A stretch of 64,000 nt of DNA. It comes from Paramoeba atlantica (taxonomy: Eukaryota > Protista > Discosea). A program made the translations under genes and the position numbers. Where the stretch lies: contig CDRNVI010000087.1 in NCBI GenBank assembly GCA_977017575.1, positions 1-64,000 of the forward strand, read 5' to 3'. Below, piece after piece: positions 57,642 through 64,000 of the stretch (positions are counted from its first letter, which is position 1; each line of letters starts with the position of its first letter). The notes under the pieces were generated by a model, which worked only from the letters and a program-made list of their open reading frames with translations, was not told the DNA's origin and searched no databases.

Positions 57642-60367
57642 TGGGAAGCACCCAACAAACAGCTCCTGACGAAGACGTAGGCCACCTACCAGTGCCAACG
57701 GCGCGCAGCTTCTCCCCTGAGTTTGTGCCGTGCGTAGTTGCGGTGTACCGGGATATTATTTTCGCCTATGAAAAAAGCGACTACGCTGGGCGCCACAAAA
57801 TCTGGAATCAAACACTTTCAGCGATGAAAGTCTCTCTGGCAACAATTCGAAGCTCTAGCGGACGACAACGACGGCGGAAACCACACAAGGAGCACACGAG
57901 CCCGAAGGACGGGTCATCAGAAGAGGCAAAGACAACTGCCGATGACGTGCGAGCAGTAAAGAAAGCGACAAGACTCGTGCTTGAGGGGTGCTCCACTAAA
58001 GCGGCCAAGGTCATGGGTCAGACCTTCACCCGCAACAAGCTGTCCGACGCCGAAACGCTGGAAAAATTGCGAATGCTTCACCCTGAACAAACATGTGACT
58101 TCAAACTGCCAGATGACGCGCCAATCATCGCCGGGATCTCTCCAGAGGAGCTGCGTGCAGCAGGTCGAAGGCTAGCGAAGGGAGTCAGCCCAGGCCCAAC
58201 GGGAACGACTGACAACGTGCTACGACTTCTACTGGACGATGAAGTGTGCTGCACGAGCCTTTGTCACATGATGGCCGATCTACTGAACGGTTTTCTTTCG
58301 CGACAAGTTTTACGGCGGCTAAACAGAGCGAGGTTGATCGCTATCCCGAAACCAGGTGGAGGCGTTCGGCCGGTTGCTATGGGAGACGCTTTTGGAAAGA
58401 TAGCGGGAATCATTCTTTTTCAACGCTATGAGAATACCCTGGAGCCACTTTTTGCGCCAATGCAGCAGGGGATAATGTCAAAAGCGGGCTGCGAGAGGGT
58501 AGTGCACACCCTTCACGAAAAATATTTGACAGGCCACTCCATCCTATCCGTAGACTTGAAAAATGCGTTCAACACCCCCTCCAGGAATGACGTCGCAAAG
58601 CATGTTTTCGGTATCGCAACGCTCCGACCCTTCCAAAGGTATTTTGCCGCTGAATATTCCGAGCAATCTCAGCTTCTCTTCTACGGCAGCGAAGGTAAAT
58701 TGGTCGACACAGTATCAAGTTCCTCAGGAGTAAAACAGGGATCGCCACTATCCACGCTGTATTTCTGCACATACCTACAACCTGTATTGGAAACCCTTGC
58801 AGAAGAATTTCCTGGCATCAACATACATGCGTACATCGACGATATCAATTTGACATCCGAAGATCCGAATCAGCTCACGACCGCTTTTAAAAGGCTGAAG
58901 GCACTTGTCGCATCTAGCAATCTTGCACTATCGGCGCATAAATGTGTTTGGTTTGGTGGCATCCTCGGCAAGTCCATTCCAGAAGCTCTTCAAGCCGAAG
59001 GAGTACAAACCGAGAGCCAGGCCACTAAAGTACTGGGGGCTTTTATTGGAGAAGACGACGCCATCAGTCAAAAACTGCTCCAAAAGATCGGCAAACAAGA
59101 AGTAATATTCCGCAGGCTAAAGCTAATGGGCATGAGTAACGTATCCCTAATCCTTTTGACAAAAAGTGTGAACGTTCGTCAACAGTACTACATGAGGACA
59201 CACAACCCCAAGTCCACGGATCAAACATGTAAACGTTTTGATAGCGAAATCGAGAACGTACTTCAAACATGGATGGGCCCATTGCAGACTAGACAAATTG
59301 ACATAGCAAGGTTACCCCTGAAGAAAGGAGGACTTGGTCTCACGGCATGTCACCCAACGCGCGCGGCTGCTTATGAAGCTTCCCGACACGCAGCTTTTGA
59401 GCATATAAAATCTTTTTCAGCTCGAGTTGTGCCGTCACAGTTTCATAGCACTGAACACGCTGGGACAGCAAATGAACAAGAACTCGCTCGTCAAAAACCA
59501 CCTACTGACGAAATTACCGCTGCAGCGAAACTTCATGAGGAAGCATGGAACAAACTCGTAAGCGATCCACAAATGGCCGGGACGTTAAAAGCAACCTCCA
59601 ATAAGGGGAGTTATGACTGGCTACTGTCCAATGTAAGATATGTACCACCGCACTTATTCGAGCTAGCAGTCATGCCCCGTCTTGGAGTACATCACCCGAG
59701 ACTTCCTGATGCTATGACTTGCCCTGGATGCCGAACATTGATGGATGCAAACACTGCACTAACTCACATCCCCGGATGCGTGCAATGTACAGGTTTCAAC
59801 GCCACAGCGAAGCACAACATGTTGACCAAGTTTCTGTATGATCTTTGCATGAAAGCCGGTATTCCATGCGAAAGAGAGCCGCGTTCTTTTAGCACGTGGA
59901 GTTGTCTAACATGCGGAAATACAGTCGACTACAACAATCAGCATCTCCACCACAAAACATGCGGAGGACGGCAGTTTCATCGCTCAGGCCCGGATCTTGC
60001 GATCTGCTGGAACAGTGGCGTGGTGTTCTACGACCTAACTGTGGTGCACGAGCTCGCGCCTTCCCATCGGAATAAAAAGTGTTCCCAACTCGTACGAGAA
60101 GCTATACAGCGGAAAAATGAAACATACGTCAATAGTGGCATGATTCCGGCGGAAGCTTTTGAGTGCCTTCCTGTCTTGTCCTGCGGGTCTTTACATAAGA
60201 GCACACGGGGCCTAATTAAATCACTGACGGATGTCTGCCTGTTGGATACCCAAAACACCGAACAGGCATTCAAGTTGCTACTCCAAGAGCTGAACGGATC
60301 CGAAGTATACGCACAGCTCCGACATTTTTTGGAGCCTCAAGACTATCAGAAAAGCACTATTCTTTAA
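57614..60367 (+). CDS. Family A RT, CCHC and RLE polyprotein part (917 codons, open)
   Basis: ARLIAIPKPGGGVRPVAMG, VDLKNAFN, GVKQGSPLS, YIDD, LPLKKGGLG, CPGC-x11-H-x3-C, KHN, SGPD..YDLTVVHE..RK. Confidence 0.93.
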   Translation: MPLRHLRPLLGSTQQTAPDEDVGHLPVPTARSFSPEFVPCVVAVYRDIIFAYEKSDYAGRHKIWNQTLSAMKVSLATIRSSSGRQRRRKPHKEHTSPKDGSSEEAKTTADDVRAVKKATRLVLEGCSTKAAKVMGQTFTRNKLSDAETLEKLRMLHPEQTCDFKLPDDAPIIAGISPEELRAAGRRLAKGVSPGPTGTTDNVLRLLLDDEVCCTSLCHMMADLLNGFLSRQVLRRLNRARLIAIPKPGGGVRPVAMGDAFGKIAGIILFQRYENTLEPLFAPMQQGIMSKAGCERVVHTLHEKYLTGHSILSVDLKNAFNTPSRNDVAKHVFGIATLRPFQRYFAAEYSEQSQLLFYGSEGKLVDTVSSSSGVKQGSPLSTLYFCTYLQPVLETLAEEFPGINIHAYIDDINLTSEDPNQLTTAFKRLKALVASSNLALSAHKCVWFGGILGKSIPEALQAEGVQTESQATKVLGAFIGEDDAISQKLLQKIGKQEVIFRRLKLMGMSNVSLILLTKSVNVRQQYYMRTHNPKSTDQTCKRFDSEIENVLQTWMGPLQTRQIDIARLPLKKGGLGLTACHPTRAAAYEASRHAAFEHIKSFSARVVPSQFHSTEHAGTANEQELARQKPPTDEITAAAKLHEEAWNKLVSDPQMAGTLKATSNKGSYDWLLSNVRYVPPHLFELAVMPRLGVHHPRLPDAMTCPGCRTLMDANTALTHIPGCVQCTGFNATAKHNMLTKFLYDLCMKAGIPCEREPRSFSTWSCLTCGNTVDYNNQHLHHKTCGGRQFHRSGPDLAICWNSGVVFYDLTVVHELAPSHRNKKCSQLVREAIQRKNETYVNSGMIPAEAFECLPVLSCGSLHKSTRGLIKSLTDVCLLDTQNTEQAFKLLLQELNGSEVYAQLRHFLEPQDYQKSTIL

Positions 60368-60539
60368 GAAATCAAAAGTACAGAAAAGATACAAATTGGA
60401 ATTATAAAGTCTGCGAAGAGATAGACAAAAATCAGTACTAAAAGTTTATGTAGACTTGAGAAAGTAATTTTGATTACGTCTTATATCGACATCTAAATAT
60501 TATAATAGGAGAGCGTTTTCTCAACAATAAAAATAAAAA

Positions 60540-60940
60540 AAACCTCAATTCCCGCGCTCCTTCGCGGCCCTTTTTCGCCCCCCTCCGCGCCACGATCTCG
60601 GCCGCCCTCCCGCTCCGGTGCTCTCCTCGCCGCGCTCTCCCTCGCTGTTTTTTTTTTGCTCCCTCCCGTGCCCCCCTCCGCGCTCCACGCCACGCTCTCC
60701 GTCGCCCTTCCCCTCTGGCGCTCTCCTCCCGCGCTCTCCGCCGCTGTTTTTTTTTCTTCGTTGTCTTCGCCCTCCCCTCGCCACCCCCTTGGTCGCCCTC
60801 TGTTGCCCCCTGCGTCGCTCTGCCGCGCCGCTTTTCGCCCCCCACCCACTGCGCTGTCCCCTTCGCCGCCCATTCCCCCTCCCTCCCTGCTCCCACCTGC
60901 GCCACTCTTTCCCTTCCCACAACAACAACAACAACAACAC
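60540..60940. repeat. C/T-skewed GC-rich low-complexity spacer ending in (CAA)7
   Basis: Longer version of the spacer at ~16875-17066 and equivalents in each 6-kb unit. Confidence 0.6.
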
Positions 60941-62155
60941 TGATATAATCAGTTAAGGGGTTAATATTTTCCCTTAAACATCTTCACACCTTAGATTAAA
61001 AACACTGACCACACAACTGTTTACCATATCTCAAATTTAATGTTTGTTTTAATGAGTCCTCGCATAATGATGAGTCTTTTCATTACAATAAACCAGGAAA
61101 TGGAACCACCAACGCCCCTAGAGTTCAACGCAAATTGAAGGTATCAACTACTTGAGCGCTTCCCTTCCCACTCTTTCCCTTCATCCCCTCTGCCACCCCC
61201 TCACGCTGCATCTCGAAGAATGGCGCCGCCCGGTACCGAATATAACAAGGTACTAAAAAACTAGTGTAGGCGTCATTCACGCTTTTCTTTTCTTTTTTCT
61301 TTCTTTCTGCGGCTTGCAACTAGCCCATGATAACGGGGCTAGGGTAACAATTTGGAGAGATACGAGCTTGTTGAAGCTGAGGTTTGGCCTGTTGAAGCTG
61401 AGGAGCCAGTCCGCTCGAGGGGATACCACCCTAGAAGACTTGGTCCGTTGAAGCTGAGGTGCTAAAACCGTTGAAGCTGAGAGTCGACACTCCCAAACTA
61501 TGCCAGCAAGAAGGCAAGGGGTCAAGGAGCACTGCTTTTGGCAGTGTCGGGGTGTGGCGAACCCCACCCTCCTAGCTAATCCAGATTCCCGCAGCGGACT
61601 TTCAGTCTGCGCGTTAGCTGGATCGGCTTGCATTGGCTCTGTGCTGCAATCCTTTTAGGTCTGCGCATGGGTCGTGCGGGTCGGAGCTACCTTCGGCTCT
61701 CTCCGAGGAGGCAACACCCCGTCTACGGGGTTTTTACCTGAATACATAACATAACATAACTTGCCCTGAGATGAATGTTCACAGACAGTGGCACATGTGC
61801 TGCGCTGTTTGAATCAGCATGTGAGCATCAAAGCCACAACGCTCGAGAAACACACATGCACTCATCTCCTTTTTCGTTTGGCATTTGCCACGTTTTTCAG
61901 TTTTTTGTTCTAAAAGTGACGTTCGATTTGGGGTGGTGTGGATCGCGCTTTGGAGCCAGGAAGTCGTGCGAGGCTGTCGGCTATCCGAACGGCGGCTTCT
62001 CGAATCTTGTCCCGCTGGGAGGTGCAGAATGGCATCGGAGAGATGAAAACAAATCAAGCACGATTAGATTCATACGGACGAATTCTTAGCTGGAGAGAAT
62101 GGTTGAAAACTGTTCACTCGATCTTGATCAGTTCCTTGTGGTAGAGACTCGGAAG

Positions 62156-62236
62156 GCGTCTATACCCAAATGGTTAAGGGGGCTGACTTGAAATCAGGTG
62201 TGTTCTCACGCGCAGGTTCAAACCATGCTGGGCGCG
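62156..62236 (+). tRNA. tRNA-Ser(TGA) copy with three lesions
   Basis: AAATGG, anticodon-stem C to G (GGGGGCTGAC) and CCATGC. Confidence 0.55.
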
Positions 62237-62588
62237 TTTTCCTTCCACAAGCGTTGTCAAATCATATTCAGCGCGGGGTACCAACTACGCCCGCACCGCT
62301 CTTCTTCTCTCTTCTTATTCTTCTATTCCGCGCGGAGTTTTTTTGAAAAGGTGGGATGCCCAGCGGCGCGGCACCCGTCGTGGGAACTCACGCTCCGCAT
62401 AAAAGACGTTGTTCTGAATCTCGAGGCGGTTTTACCCACAGAAGCTGCATTCGCAGGCCTTTCAGTGCAATTTTCTCCAGGACAGCCCACAGAAAACACC
62501 CTTTACCTGAGAGAGGTGCATTTGGGAACGTGAATACGAAACGAGCGAACAGATCACCCGCCCACAAAATCGTGGAGCATCGAGATTA

Positions 62589-63311
62589 GTGCCCAGCAGA
62601 CTATTCACCCTTGCGGTAATGCCTCGTTTTGGACTGGCACATCCCAGGCTCCCTGCACACCTACAGTGCCCCGGGTGTCACACCTTGCTGACTTCCGAGA
62701 ACGCTATTTCCCACGTGGCTGGATGCTCGACTTGCACTGGTAACAACGCGACAACGAAGCACAACAAAATGGTCCACAGACTGTATGAATTATGCATCAA
62801 AGCAGGCATTCCTTGTGAACGAGAAACCCGGCAGTTCTCTACGTACACGTGTGGCAAATGTGGAGCTCATCTGGATGGGGATTCTAAACCATCACACCGA
62901 AGGATCTGCGGATCAGGATCTTTTCACCACTCAGGGCCGGATCTAGTTATTCACTGGGCCGACGGAGACGTATTCTACGACTTCACCATTGTGCATGAAC
63001 TATGTCCTTCGAATTTAACGCGAGGCGGCACAATCCTTATGAGGGACGCCATCAAACGGAAGAACAAGACGTACGTAGCCTCAAAACTGCTCCCCCAAAT
63101 CCAATTTCAGTGCATACCGATGCTTGCAGGAGGAGCTATGCACGCTAACACAAAGAACCTACTTCTCGCTTTATCCGACGCGTGTGGATTAGAGCGGGAT
63201 TACGTGATCCAAGATTTTACACTTCGATTACAAGAATTCAACGGATCGGTTGTTCTCTCGCAACTTGGCAAATTTCTAGTGCCGCAGAGCCGAGAAGATA
63301 CGGCGATTTAA
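62589..63311 (+). CDS. Family B CCHC-RLE ORF copy within a complete 46-bp TSD
   Basis: Insert 62585-63455; identical 46-mers at 62539-62584 and 63456-63501. Confidence 0.82.
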   Translation: MPSRLFTLAVMPRFGLAHPRLPAHLQCPGCHTLLTSENAISHVAGCSTCTGNNATTKHNKMVHRLYELCIKAGIPCERETRQFSTYTCGKCGAHLDGDSKPSHRRICGSGSFHHSGPDLVIHWADGDVFYDFTIVHELCPSNLTRGGTILMRDAIKRKNKTYVASKLLPQIQFQCIPMLAGGAMHANTKNLLLALSDACGLERDYVIQDFTLRLQEFNGSVVLSQLGKFLVPQSREDTAI

Positions 63312-63524
63312 TCAACCATTCTTTATTAATTATGAAAACTTGAGAAAGTAATTGTGGTTCCGGCTCAACACATGAGAGAAAATCATATTATTCATTATCT
63401 GAAAACATCTGTCAGTTTCTTCGTCTGTAGGTTCCTTTGAGATACAGTTTATTTTAAACGAGCGAACAGATCACCCGCCCACAAAATCGTGGAGCATCGA
63501 GTGTCGCCGAGTAAATTGAAAGGT

Positions 63525-64000
63525 GGGCTATGTCTCTACTTCGTTGAATCTTCAACGAAGCGCCGTCGGTTCGTTGAACGATTCAACGAACCGATTTTTT
63601 ATTTTTTTTCACTGAACTTTTCTGGGATTCTGCCAGCGAAGCCCTCTTCTTGAGGCAAAACCCCCGTCTGCGAGCAAGGCCCAACTGTGAGCGAAGCCCA
63701 CTTCTGGAGGCAAAAGCCCCCGTCTGCGAGCAAGGCCCAACTGTGAGCGTAGCCCTGGGACATAATTATATTTTTTGGCGACCCGCGCGCTCCAGCGCGC
63801 GGGTCGCGCACTGAGGACCTATGTCTGCCACTTCCGCAGGATTGTCGAGAGGCAAGGCCAAACTGTGAGTGAAGACCACTTCTGGAGGCAAAAGCCCCCG
63901 TCTGCGAGCAAGGCCCAACTGTGAGCGTAGCCCTGGGACATAATTATATTTTTTGGCGGCCCGCGCGCTCCAGCGCGCGGGTCGCGCACTGAGGACCTAT
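63525..64000. repeat. Start of a different repeat: TTCGTTGAA palindromes, 55-bp subrepeats and a ~177-bp unit with a GC hairpin
   Basis: CCCCCGTCTGCGAGCAAGGCCCAACTGTGAGCG x3; hairpin GCGACCCGCGCGCT-CC-AGCGCGCGGGTCGC; unit repeats at 63712 and 63889 and runs off the window. Confidence 0.75.

Larger units (their letters stand above)
56234..60489 (+). mobile_element. Full-length CRE/SLACS-like RLE non-LTR retrotransposon, family A, interrupted by SINE-b
   Basis: 5' junction in array spacer (TTCATTATGGA/A), AT-rich 5' UTR, RT and RLE domains, 3' UTR identical to the truncated A copies. No TSD or poly(A) seen on this copy. Confidence 0.9.

Noticed and set aside
56454-60367. Native two-ORF (SLACS/CZAR-like) architecture or programmed frameshift in family A
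   Set aside because: The gap is a SINE flanked by a 14-bp TSD, and its removal restores one frame.

Overview
Eukaryotic, protist-like, probably subtelomeric DNA with no ordinary host protein gene; the organism cannot be named from the sequence. It opens with 70 perfect copies of CCTCTTTCTT. Positions ~0.7-16 kb are a nest of decayed mobile DNA: two RTE-like APE-RT LINEs, CRE-like and R2/NeSL-like fragments, tRNA-headed SINEs, non-autonomous DNA elements, a long hairpin and minisatellites. Positions ~16.2-63.5 kb are a tandem array (period ~6.09 kb, then ~3.52 kb) built on a small-RNA cluster (tRNA-Ser(TGA) plus unidentified structured RNA-like segments I call X and Y). The cluster has been invaded by at least four related families (A-D) of CRE/SLACS-like RLE non-LTR retrotransposons. 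One insertion keeps a 46-bp target-site duplication. All four families carry a second CCHC finger inside the endonuclease. The only full-length copy (family A, 56.2-60.5 kb) is a single ~1160-aa ORF split by an antisense SINE with a 14-bp TSD. All alignments and folds were done by eye; no database search was run.
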